Below are positions 1-10,977 of a stretch of 64,000 nt of DNA, piece by piece. Position numbers and translations under genes: made by a program. The DNA comes from Octopus sinensis (taxonomy: Eukaryota), in NCBI RefSeq assembly GCF_006345805.1, contig NC_043001.1:115568001-115632000 (forward strand), read 5' to 3'. Within the stretch, counting starts at the first letter, position 1. The number at the start of each line of letters is the position of its first letter. Under the pieces are notes generated by a model. That model was given only the letters and a program-made list of their open reading frames with translations, was not told the origin of the DNA and ran no database searches.

Positions 1-221
1 CATCCAGATCTCTGAAAACCTTTTTTTTTTCTAACATATATATATATTTGATTTGAAAACCCCACTGGAATGGGAGAAAGCGCTAATAATCTGAATGATA
101 TGATCTGAATGATATGATATATATATGTAAAAAATGTAATATATAAATAAATATCTATAAATATGAACCATCCTATCTTCTGATTACCTCATTTCTTCTA
201 ATATATATATATATACATATA

Positions 222-262
<41 letters not shown>

Positions 263-924
263 TATCATTGTCATTTAACTTACGTTTTCCTTGCGGTAGG
301 TTGAACAGTTTGACATGGAACTTGCCAACTGGCCAAACTCGAGTCGTTTGTTATGGCTTGGTTTGTACAAGTGAATGTCTTTCCTAATGCCAACCACTTA
401 ACAGAATGTGTTGGTTGCTTACTATGTGTCATTTGCACCTGGAAGAACAAGACTATGTATGGAAGACGGCAATTTTAATTTGTATGACACTAAAATTTAA
501 AAAATGCCGAATATTTTCTCAATTACAATCATTGCCTACTTAAAATAGTTACAACAGTTAACATGTCCGAAGGGCTTTTGTCCTATTCTAATTTAAGACT
601 ATATTAAGACAGAGAATGATGTAAAGGAAATTTGGCTTCTATTTCATGCAGGTTGAGCCACTGTTTAAAGGCTCCCAAATAGCTTTATGTATAATTCATG
701 TGTAGTTTTTGTTTTATTTAATTGTTGCCAAATACTCAAAGCTTATTTTTATAGTTTCTCTTGTAAAATTTACTTCAGGAAGCCTTTTGTGCAGAGACTA
801 TTGATAGTCCCTACCAGCAATAGATATGTCACATGAAGAGAGGTTGGTCAACACAAAGAAATTCTCTATCAAAAAGATAATATATCAAAGATAAATGCAT
901 CATATTCTGATTATAATTGTGAGA

Positions 925-2560
925 ATGAATATCATCATCATCTTCATTGTCATTTAACATCCGTTTTCCATGCTGGCATGAGTTGGAAAGTTTGACTGGA
1001 TCTAGCAAGCCAGAAGCTGGCACCAGGCATCACTGTCTGTTTTGGCATGGCTTTACAGCTGGATGCCTTTCCAAACACCAACCACCTTACAAAGTGGACA
1101 CTGCATTTTGCAGGACACCAGCACCAGCAAGGTCTGTTTTGGCATGGTTTTTACAGCTGGATGCTCTTCCTAACACCAACCACCTTACAAAGTGGACAGT
1201 GCATTTTGCAGGACACCAGCACCAGCAAGGTCTGTTTTGGCATGGTTTTTACAGCTGGATGCTCTTCCTAACACCAACCACCTTACAAAGTGGACAGTGC
1301 ATTTGCAGGACACCAGCACCAGCAAGGTCTGTTTTGGCATGGTTTTTACAGCTGGATGCTCTTCCTAACACCAACCACCTTACAAAGTGGACAGTGCATT
1401 TTGCAGGACACCAGCACCAGCAAGGTCTGTTTTGGCATGACTTTTACAGCTGGATGCTCTTCCTAACACCAACCACCTTACAAAGTGGACAGTGCATTTT
1501 GCGGGACACCAGCACCAGCAAGGTCTGTTTTGGCATGGTTTTACAGCTGGATGCTCTTCCTAACACCAACCACCTTACAAAGTGGACAGTGCATTTTGCA
1601 GGACACCAGCACCAGCAAGGTCTGTTTTGGCATGGTTTTTACAGCTGGATGCTCTTCCTAAACCAACCACCTTACAAGTGGAACAGTGGCATTTTGCAGG
1701 ACACCAGCACCAGCAAGGTCTGTTTTGGCATGGTTTTACAGCTGGATGCTCTTCCTAACACCAACCACCTTACAAAGTGGACAGTGCATTTTGCAGGACA
1801 CCAGCACCAGCAAGGTCTGTTTTGGCATGGTTTTACAGCTGGATGCTCTTCCTAACACCAACCACCTTACAAAGTGGACAGTGCATTTTGCAGGGACACC
1901 AGCACCAGCAAGGTCTGTTTTGGCATGACTTTTACAGCTGGATGCTCTTCCTAACAACAACCACCTTACAAAGTGGACCAGTGCATTTTGCGGGACAACC
2001 AGCACCAGCAAGGTAGGTTTTGGCATGGTTTTTACAGCTGGATGCCTTTCAAACACCAACCACTTTATACAAACGTGAACTGGATGCTTTTTATTTGGCA
2101 CCAGATCTGCTTGAGTCATTCATTAATTCACTACACAAAGATCATTCTGAGGGGGAGGGGTGTATTGGAGGAGGTGGGTTTGTGTCAGGTGATGAGAGGT
2201 TATATGTTGGTGTAGAGGAGATACATGGTTATCCAGTCAGAGGGAGAGACCAAGAGAGAGAAGAGAGATGAAAGATCAAGAATGAGAGAGAGACTGGAAG
2301 AGAGTGAGAGTGTGAGAGAACATGAGAGAAACATGCATACCTCCAGGTACCGGGATCAAAATACAAATGGGATGGTAGAATATTTCCAAGGGTGCATGAG
2401 CAGGAAGGATTGACTTGACTTGAATGCTGAGAGCAGGGGAAGGGGATATGGTGACTGGTGAACTTGGGTATATAGAGGAGGTGAGGGACAACAGGATGGC
2501 ATTGTTACAAGGGGCAGGGTAGTGAGGACAGGATTGGGGTGTGAAAGATAAGAATATATT
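925..2560 (-). mobile_element. Non-autonomous RTE-tailed element containing an internal tandem expansion
   Basis: (CAT)n tail plus RTE 3'-end sequence (catttaacatccgttttccatgctggcatg) and a purine-rich body shared with 16115-17105. Confidence 0.6.
1037..2075. repeat. Minisatellite, 97-98 bp unit x ~10.5
   Basis: Unit starts (ctgttttggcatgg) at 1037, 1134, 1232, 1329, 1427, 1525, 1622, 1720, 1817, 1915, ~2015. Confidence 0.95.
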
Positions 2561-3128
2561 CTTGTTTATTTGCACTAGTAGATAATAACTACTGAAAAAT
2601 TTTGGTGATCAAAGACAGAAGATATAAGGGAGTGATGTGAAAGATATCTCTTGACAAATTAAACATAATTTATATTAATACATCGTTAGTACCCCAGACA
2701 AAATGCTTAGCAGTATTTCATTGTCTTTACATCAAATTCAATTCTGCAAAGGTTGACTTAGTCTTTCATCCTTTCAAGTGATGAACTTAGACACCATTCA
2801 TTCGAGGATAGAATAAATACCAGTTCAACATTGAGGTTAATGTAATCCAGTAGCTACCCCCCCCCAAATTTCAGGCTTTGCACCTATAGTAGAAAGTATT
2901 ATATTTATTACATTTTTTCCGGTTGAATTTGCTTTATTTTTTCAGTGTTTTTGTGATTTTCATGTAGATGGCTGGTATTGTGTGGCACACCTGACAGAAT
3001 GTTAGGATTCAAAGAATTAAACAAATTTCATAATAATTTATAGCAAAGTGTTTCAGGATGTTTCTTCAAAATTTTTCAGTGTGTGATATTTAAAAATTTC
3101 ATTAATTTTTTTTTTTTTAATTTTATAG

Positions 3129-3377
3129 ATCCACCTGATATTACTGCACCAGATAATGTGACATTATTGAGAATCAAGCATCCATTATAGACTGTAATGC
3201 AAAAGGAAACCCTACCCCAGAAGTGTGGTTGGAGAATGAAAATCGAAATTCCTTTCAAATTCAATATTAACTTTTAATATCGTAAAAATATCAGTCGTGT
3301 TTTCTGCTCTGCCATTGCAAAGAGTGAAAAGAATGGAAATTTCCGAGATAGAAAGGAAATTAATATCCTGTTGAAAT
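3129..3377 (+). CDS. Ig-domain exon (frameshifted in this sequence)
   Basis: Acceptor ttttttaattttatag|AT, donor AAAT|gtatgt. With three +1 corrections in T/A runs it reads PPDITAPDNVT(F)IENQASIIDCNAKGNPTPEVWLENE(K)SKFLSNSILTFNIV(K)NISRVFCSAIAKSEKNGNFRDRKEINILLK, an Ig C-x-A-x-GNP-x-P-x-V-W...C pattern. Confidence 0.75.
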
Positions 3378-3419
3378 GTATGTTAAATATAAATATTTGT
3401 TCCTCCTCCTCCTCCCCTC

Positions 3420-3457
<38 letters not shown>

Positions 3458-6400
3458 GTACTACTACTACTATCACTACATCCTCACCATCATCAAATGT
3501 CTTTTACTTCTTTGTATAAATTCTCAGATTGAGTGGCATATTGTGTCCTTGGGCAAAGCACATCACTTCACATTGCTCTAGTCTACTCAGCTGAAAATGA
3601 CTACCAGCTAAGTGCTGGTGCAGCCTCTCTCTCTTCAAGCAACACCTCCTTGATGATCTACTGGGTCAAGAGTGGGTACACTGAGAGGGCATTTATGTCT
3701 CCTTGTGATTGCATAAGTGTCTAAAATCATCTTCACTTGTGGGTCATCTTCACTTGTGAGCGACACGCATGTAAAAAACACCACTTGAGCATGGTCATTG
3801 CCAGTGGCACATAAAAAGCACCATTTGAGGTGATCGATACCAGTATCGCCTGACTGGCCCTCATACTGGTGGCACATAAAAGCACCCACTACACTATCAG
3901 AGTGGTTGGCATTAGGAAAGGCATCCAGCTGTAGACCCATGCCAGATCAGATTGGAACCTGGTGCAGCCTTCTGGCTTGCCACTCCTCAGTCGAACCGTC
4001 CAATGCATGCCAGCATGGAAAGTGGACGTTAAACTATGATGATGATCATCATCATTATCATCATTGTCTTATGCCTATTTTTCCATGCTGGCATGAGTTA
4101 GAAGGATTTGTTCCACCTCAGCCCTTGCCACTTGTCATAGTCCATCATCATCTGATATTCCTTACATCATCTCTCTCTGGTGTATATGATTTTTTTATGC
4201 TAGGGGGTTGTGATAGGCTTTTCAGCTGAATGCCCTTCCTATCACCAATCATTCTGCAATGGAGTTCAGTCTTTTTGATCAGTAAAGTGGTTAATTATTT
4301 AAGGAAGGAGTGTAGTCATGAAATCAATACTACTTCATCAGTTAAAAGTAAGGAAAAATAAAGTCAGCCTGTGTGGAACTGAAGAGGACAAAACTGATTA
4401 ATATTAAGGTCATAGTCACTATAAAAGGTAGGTTTCACAATTTCTGGTAATATATCCTGAAAACCCACATAACCTAACTGAAACAGTATCCTAAAGACTA
4501 CCTTTTCGCTTCAGAAGTAGAAAATATTTCAGCTTTTGAGCAATTACTGATTTTCTATAAAATTCAAGTAAGATCCACAAGAATTACTGCTCCTACACCC
4601 AGGACAGATTTGCTCAGTGAAAGCCCCACTAATTGATAATGACTCAGTAACACATACCATCTTTCGCTCGTACATGTGCTTCTCTTCTCTCTCTCTGCTT
4701 CTCTATTATTATTACTCTGATCACTGCTCCTAGCTTTAAACAACCTCCATCCAAGTTCACCCAATACATCTATCTCTCTCCATTCTTCTCGTCAATACTG
4801 TATTTCATTGACCACTATGCATAATCAAACCTTCTTAGAGTTGAACAATGTGAAATTCCCTTCTCACCTATGACTTGCCTGTAGATATTGATGTGTACAA
4901 CTGAACATAAGCTGTATCAGTCTTACCACTCTTAGAGAGTTTGTGAAAGATAATGTCTGCAAATAATTTTTGTTGACTGATCTCTAAAAAAAATCATTAT
5001 TCTAACACTGACCCTGCTGTATTCACTCTATTTACTTTAAGAATTATGTTAATAACATCCATTCTGTGCAATATTGTTGTTGAGCTTCAAAAGAACTCCC
5101 TCAGATTAAGAGCATGACCTGTAAATATGAACAAAAGAACTGAAAGATAATTTGGGCTTCTTGATCCTTGATTTTACTAAGGGATTTATTGTGACCAAAC
5201 ATCACATCAGTTTCTCCAGTTTAAATGAATATGGGTGTTTGTAATTTTTCTGGTCTCTAAAGTCCATATTTTGCTCTCTACAACCACCCTACTTCAAATG
5301 GTGTATTCTGTAAACACCTACAACTGCCCAATTTCTAAATATTGATATCCTTTTTACTAGGGTTTTAAGTGGGCACATTTAATTTCTCCTGTAATATTTC
5401 AGTATCCTTATGCACTATTAATGGATAGACAGGTGTCAAATTTATGCTTTACAGAGACCTGTTTAATTGAAATATCTCTCCCTAGGATAGAAACTTTTTT
5501 ATGAGTGTTACAGCAAAATTTATTTCCCTTCTTACTGATTGAAGTGTCCCATTTTGCATGGGTGCTGTACATTTCAATGAATAATAAAGAGTTTGTTTTT
5601 TTTAGTTCATTGTAGCAGCACCCATGAAAAATGGGACATATTGATCTAGTTTTCAAGTCATCAACTTTAATGTGATTTGCTTGCTCACAATAATTGGTGG
5701 TGGTGGTGGGGGGGGGGCTCTTCTTTTGGTGAAGCTCTACTTTTGGAAACAAACTAGATCAATATTTTGAATAGTTATTGCAAAATATGTCACTAGTTAA
5801 TATAAATTATAAAAATGCCTATACAAGACTATTGAACTTCTAAATAAAATGTGAGATACACTTTATATTGCAAGTAATTAAGCAATTTAAATATCTATAT
5901 TTCTGAAAATGTAGCAATAAAATGTGCATTTTGGCTCAGCTATGTTTTGGGGAAACTCCAGTTCTGAGTGGCCAGGGAGAGGTATTTACAGTAGGAAAAT
6001 AAACATCATCCACTGGACACTACTGCAGTTTTGAGTCTCACTACTCTTATAGTGATAAGAAAAAATATTTACAATACACTCTGTTAAGGTGTTGGTAAAT
6101 AAGCAGAGAAAGCATAGAGTCAGGAGATCCCTTCAGTTCTCTCTTGCTGAGGACATAACCTCGTCTTAATGCTGGTTCCACAATAAAGTGCACCCAATAC
6201 ACTCTGTAAAGTAGCTGGTAAATGAACAGAGAGAAAGCATAGAGTCAAGAGGTGTATTTGGTCTTCTCTAGCCAAAGATATGACAACTTCTCTCGTGGTG
6301 GTACTACACTAAAATACATTTAGTACGCTGTGTACAGGTTGGTCATAGGAAGCACATCTATCTATTGAAACATAGCCAAAACCTAGCCAAATGTGGCATA

Positions 6401-7862
6401 GTTTTCCAACTTGTCTATGAAAACAGTGGTCTCAGTAAGGTCCCATATGTGACTACCCTTCCTTGCCATCATGGAGAGTGGATATGAAGAAGGAGAAGGA
6501 AAAGGAGGTGATTTAAAACATCAAGAAAATGTGTCTATCCTATTGAAGTATTTTTTCAAATATAAGCAGTCATTCGGAGACCATATTTTTCTGCAATAAA
6601 TAACCTGTATTCTTCTATATGTATGCAATGAAATCCCCAATCACTGGTAGCTCCACTTTACAACAAACAGTTGCCTAGAAACATACAAAGATTCTGTATT
6701 AGTTATACATTCAAATCAATACAACAAATTTCAAAGATGTCACATTCAGACTTCAAGTTTGGATAAATCAAAGAGTTTATAATGCATTTATCAAATTTTG
6801 CAGTGTGGAAATGAAAAAACCATAAATATCATTACAGAAGAGATGGAGAAACTTTGATTAGGGATGACAAGACAAAAGCATAATGTCTGATGTACAATTG
6901 AAAATCATAAGCATCTATGGATAAGGGCATCAAAAGTAAAGGTTCCATTCAAATCTAACCAAAAGATATACAACTGTTTATTTGGTTTAAAACCCATAAC
7001 TTTCGATAGAGGGCTCTAATTAAAAATGATAGGAAGACAAGAAAAGCAAAGCTAACTGTTAAATTTAAACTGTTCATTTAAAAAGTTCATCTCAGTACTA
7101 CATACGTATTTACTTCAATAATTATTTTATTCAATTTATTTATATTTTGTTCTCAGAATGAAAACTACATCAACTTTAACAACATAAAAACTTAATATTT
7201 GAATCTTTTGTCTTAGTATTTTCAGTTACTTTGGTTTCATTTGTCTGGCATCATACCACTTTCTTCCTATCATGCTATTACCATAAGTGGGTTACATTTA
7301 ACACTACATTGATATTGTGATGAAGAACGGATATATCCTTTTTCCCATGATCTACTGAAGAACGCTTCTAATTCCTCTTATTGAGAGGCATTTTTTTGTA
7401 TGCTTGTGAAGAAATTTCATGTGAAATGATTTTAATTTCTTATATCTGTATGGTTTGACAATTTTTATGAATATTATTAGTAGAAATTTCATGAATTGTT
7501 TGTTTACTCTACAACTCAGTAAACTATCTTCCTGGTGAATACAGTTATTTCTCAATGGACAATCTACCCATCCAGATACAAGTACTGCATGGAAGTACAT
7601 ATCACTGTTGCAACCTCCTGTAAATCTTGAAAACCTTATAACGATTTCATTAGCCACAGGGCCAAGCTCAAATTCTCCCAAGATTGTGGTGGTTTAGATT
7701 GCTTACTGTATTTTACTTTGATATCCTGTATGAGAAACATGTTCAACGACAATCATAGAATCTGAATTTAAAATGTGTGTGAAACTGAAATTTTTAATTT
7801 TAATCCTATTTTCTAAATTGAAACTCTTCCTTGATTATTTTATTTTATTTTATTTTTTTAAG

Positions 7863-8111
7863 ATCCTCCTCAAGTAAACATTCATATTTCAAATGGGACA
7901 AATAAAATAATAATTAGTTGCACTGCATCTGGTGGAAATCCAGCAAATCATAAATATGAACTGAAGCAAAAATGGGGAAACACCATTAAGAATACTTATG
8001 ATATAAAAGTATTATCTATAAATCCTTCCTTCAGTAATACTGGTACATGGGAGTGTCATGTAAGCAATGATGATTTTCTTGTGATTAAGTCATCAAACTA
8101 CAAAATTCCAG
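7863..8111 (+). CDS. Ig-domain exon, intact, GC-AG donor
   Basis: Acceptor tattttttaag|AT. Open 249 nt: (Y)PPQVNIHISNGTNKIIISCTASGGNPANHKYELKQKWGNTIKNTYDIKVLSINPSFSNTGTWECHVSNDDFLVIKSSNYKIP, with both Ig cysteines. Donor CCAG|gcaagt. Confidence 0.9.
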
Positions 8112-8150
8112 GCAAGTATTTTACAAAGCCACAGTTATTTTTAAAACATA

Positions 8151-9436
8151 CAAGGGACGTTCAAAAGTAATGCCCTGACCCACTTGCAGTGTTTGATCTA
8201 GCTGAAATTTTGCATGTGCAATTATTTATATCTCTATAGATTAAGTGGCAAATTACAGCTCTGAACTAATTGTGGTTTCCTATTTACAGGTGTTTGAACT
8301 GAGTCAAGTGTGAAATGGAGCCTGTTGCGTGTCGAGCAGTGATCACGTTTTTGTATTTGAAAGGACGCACACCACGGGAGACTTTTGATGAAATGAAAGT
8401 AACTTATGGTGATGATGCCCCATCATATGACCTTGTAAAACGCTGGTATCGTGAATTCAAACATGGTCGGAACTCTGTGGAAACAGCTCCCAGATCTGTT
8501 CCCCCCTTCTGCCATTGATGAGGCATTTGTCCATCAAGTTGAGGCTGCCATTTTGGAAGATCGACGCATAACTATTTCCCAAATAGCCCATGAGGTCAAG
8601 ATTAGTACCGGGTCTGTGAAAACTATCATTCATGATCATTTGCATATGCAAAAGGTGTCTGCCAGATGGATTCCCAGGTTGCTCACGCCTTTCCAGAAGC
8701 AAGAACGCGTGATTGCTCGAGGATGAATTTGGAGATGTGCCAAGAAGATGAGTCAAAATTTTTCACAAAGACTGATTACACAGGATGAAACTGGGTTCAT
8801 CACTATGATCCAGAGACCAAAGCCCAGTCAATGCGTGGAATCACCGTTACTCACCTCCTCCAAAGAAGGCAAGGGTGCAGCCCTCCGCTAGCAAAGTCAT
8901 ACTCACAAACCTTCTGGGACCAGGACGGAGTAGTGATGCCAGATTTCCTGGAAAATGGTACCACAATTACAGGAGCCTATTATGCTCACTTTTGAGGAAA
9001 TTAAGAGAAGCTATCAAAATCAAGAGGCGGGGCAAGATCAGCAAAGGTATCCTCCTTCTGCAGGACAACGCTCTGGTCCACAACTCGTGTGTCGCCAGAT
9101 CAGAAGCACAGGCATGCGGCTATGAACTCCTCCCTAATCCCCCTACTCTCCTGACCTTGCACCCTCTGATTTTCACCTCTCCCAGCCATGAAGTTATTTT
9201 TGAAAGGAAAGCGTTTCCCAGATGATGCACCTTGATTTCTGAAGTCATGTCCGTGGTTGGAGACCAGCCCTGGGGAGTCTACTACAATAACGGTCTCCAG
9301 AGCTGCATCAAACAATGGGAGAAATGCATAACTCTGGGTGGTTCCTATGTAGAAAAAGACTAATAACTGTGCCAAGTTTCGTTGCTCTACTGCTATGGGA
9401 AGTGGGTCAGGGGCATTACTTATTGAACGCCCCTCG
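8151..9436 (+). mobile_element. Full-length mariner transposon (1286 bp), transposase frameshifted
   Basis: ~35-bp TIRs (caagggacgttcaaaagtaatgccctgaccc / gggtcaggggcattacttattgaacgcccctcg) flanked by TA. Motifs WIPRLL, QDET, LQDNA, YSPDLAPSDF across frames from ATG 8315. Confidence 0.92.
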
Positions 9437-9609
9437 TATTTACAATTCAATTTTTATTTTTGGAATGGTAAAATTGTTCAGGTATTTTATTAATTTTATC
9501 CCATTAGAAGATTGTTGGACTTTGTTTCTTTTTATGTGTATCAATAAAAGTGATAATTTTAATTATAATTTTCAGGAATTGTTTGAGATATAAATACTGA
9601 AGAATTGTA

Positions 9610-10853
9610 TTGGGTTGGCAACTAAGTTCCTACGGTTTTTTTAAATTAAAATTTTTTAACAGGTTTAATGAAAAATAACAACTAATTAATCAATAATGCA
9701 TTCACCCTTGTTATTTATTACTTCTTCCCAATGTTCAACAAGATTTTCAATACCTCGTTGGTAGAAATCACCCGATTTCGGCTCAAAAAATTGATTCAAG
9801 CTCTCAATTCTGCATCATTATTGAACGAAAATCCACACATAGCACTTGAAAGAGATAGAAAGAGGTGGAAATCCATTGGTGCCAAATTAGGAGAGTATGG
9901 TGGGTGTAGCAGCACTTCTCAGCCATGCGTTTGAATGACTTCCTTGGCCATTTTGGCGATATGAGGGTGGGTGTGTTGTCATGCAGCAGAAGAGCTTTAT
10001 GCAGCCGATTAGGTCTTTTCTCTTGAATAGCCATGTTGAGTTGTTCCCTCTGTTGAACATAGAGTTCAACATTGACCGTTTGGTTCTGTTCAAGCAATTC
10101 GTAATGGATAATTCCTTCCCAGTCCCACCATACGCACAACATCGTTTTACGCTGATGAAGATCTGTTTTTACACGCAGTGTCCCTTATTTACCGGGGCTA
10201 AGCCATTCCTTACGCTGTTCATATTGATGTACAGGCACCATTTTTCATCACCAGTAACAATTCAGTAAGAAATCGTTGCTTGTGTCTTTGAGTTGAGTGG
10301 TGATGAGCAAGGAAACCAGTGGAGATTGTGGCTTGTTAATTTTTGTTGTTGTCACTTAGAACATGGAAAACCCATGCCCCATACTTCTGAACCTTTCCCA
10401 TTGAGTGAAGATGCTTTTCTATGGCAGTGTGGGAGCATTCCATTTTCTCTGCCAGTTCCCTTGTCATTTGATGAGAAATTTTGTGCAAAAGTTGGTTTAA
10501 TTGCTCTTCATTGAACTCAACTGGACGACCAGAACAAGGTGCGTCCTCGAGGTCAAATTTCCATTTTGAACTCCACATACCTATCACGAGTGGCTTTTTC
10601 AGCTATGGTACCCTCTCCATACACAGCACAAATGTCACGAGCAGCTTTTTCGGCCTTAGAACCTTGATTAAAAGCAAAATGAAGGCGGTATCGGAAATGC
10701 TCGTTTCTCTTAACTTGACATTCCATTTTAATGATCTGAAAATAAACAAAAATTAACTAAGATTAACTAGAAACAAAAAATAGATTCCAAAATTTAAAAA
10801 TGCAATAAATTCCAAAATTTAAAAAACGGCAGAAACTTAGTTGTCAACTCAGT
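9610..10853 (-). mobile_element. Near full-length mariner (mellifera-like TIR), degenerate transposase
   Basis: TIR ttgggttggcaactaagtt / aacttagttgtcaactcag. Minus-strand fragments MECQVKRNEHF (start 10726), GAWVFHVLS, LCVWWDWEGIIHYELL, LLHDN. Confidence 0.88.
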
Positions 10854-10977
10854 TGTTTTAATAAAGTGATTGTCATCAATATTTCCAGAAAAGAACTGAA
10901 AGTGTTTTTCACATTAATTGGAAGCATATGAATTAAATTATAGACCAAGAGCATAAAATATTGTTGTTAGGGGTAGA

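Noticed and set aside
779-918. Possible upstream exon (tacttcag|GAAG...AATT|gtgaga) whose final T would give Y-PPDIT
   Set aside because: All frames contain a stop and no clear Ig cysteine pattern emerges even allowing indels. Plausible but unsupported.
947-1855. 302-aa repetitive ORF and overlapping ORFs
   Set aside because: Translation of the 98-bp minisatellite; the frame shifts every unit, so it is not a protein repeat. It is not a CRISPR array either, since there are no unique spacers.
4850-5400. Traces of a highly decayed LINE RT (also APE/RT-like traces at ~6780-7000 and ~14000-14300)
   Set aside because: Motifs are only partially recognisable by eye and need a profile search.
7157-7195. 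Strong acceptor followed by NENYINFNNIKT* (a YxN motif)
   Set aside because: Phase 0 only (phase 1 gives an immediate stop), and it lies between Ig exons, so it does not fit the gene model.
7352-7681. 109-aa minus-strand ORF and cysteine-containing plus frames
   Set aside because: No recognisable domain, no consistent splice sites, and stops in the plus frames.
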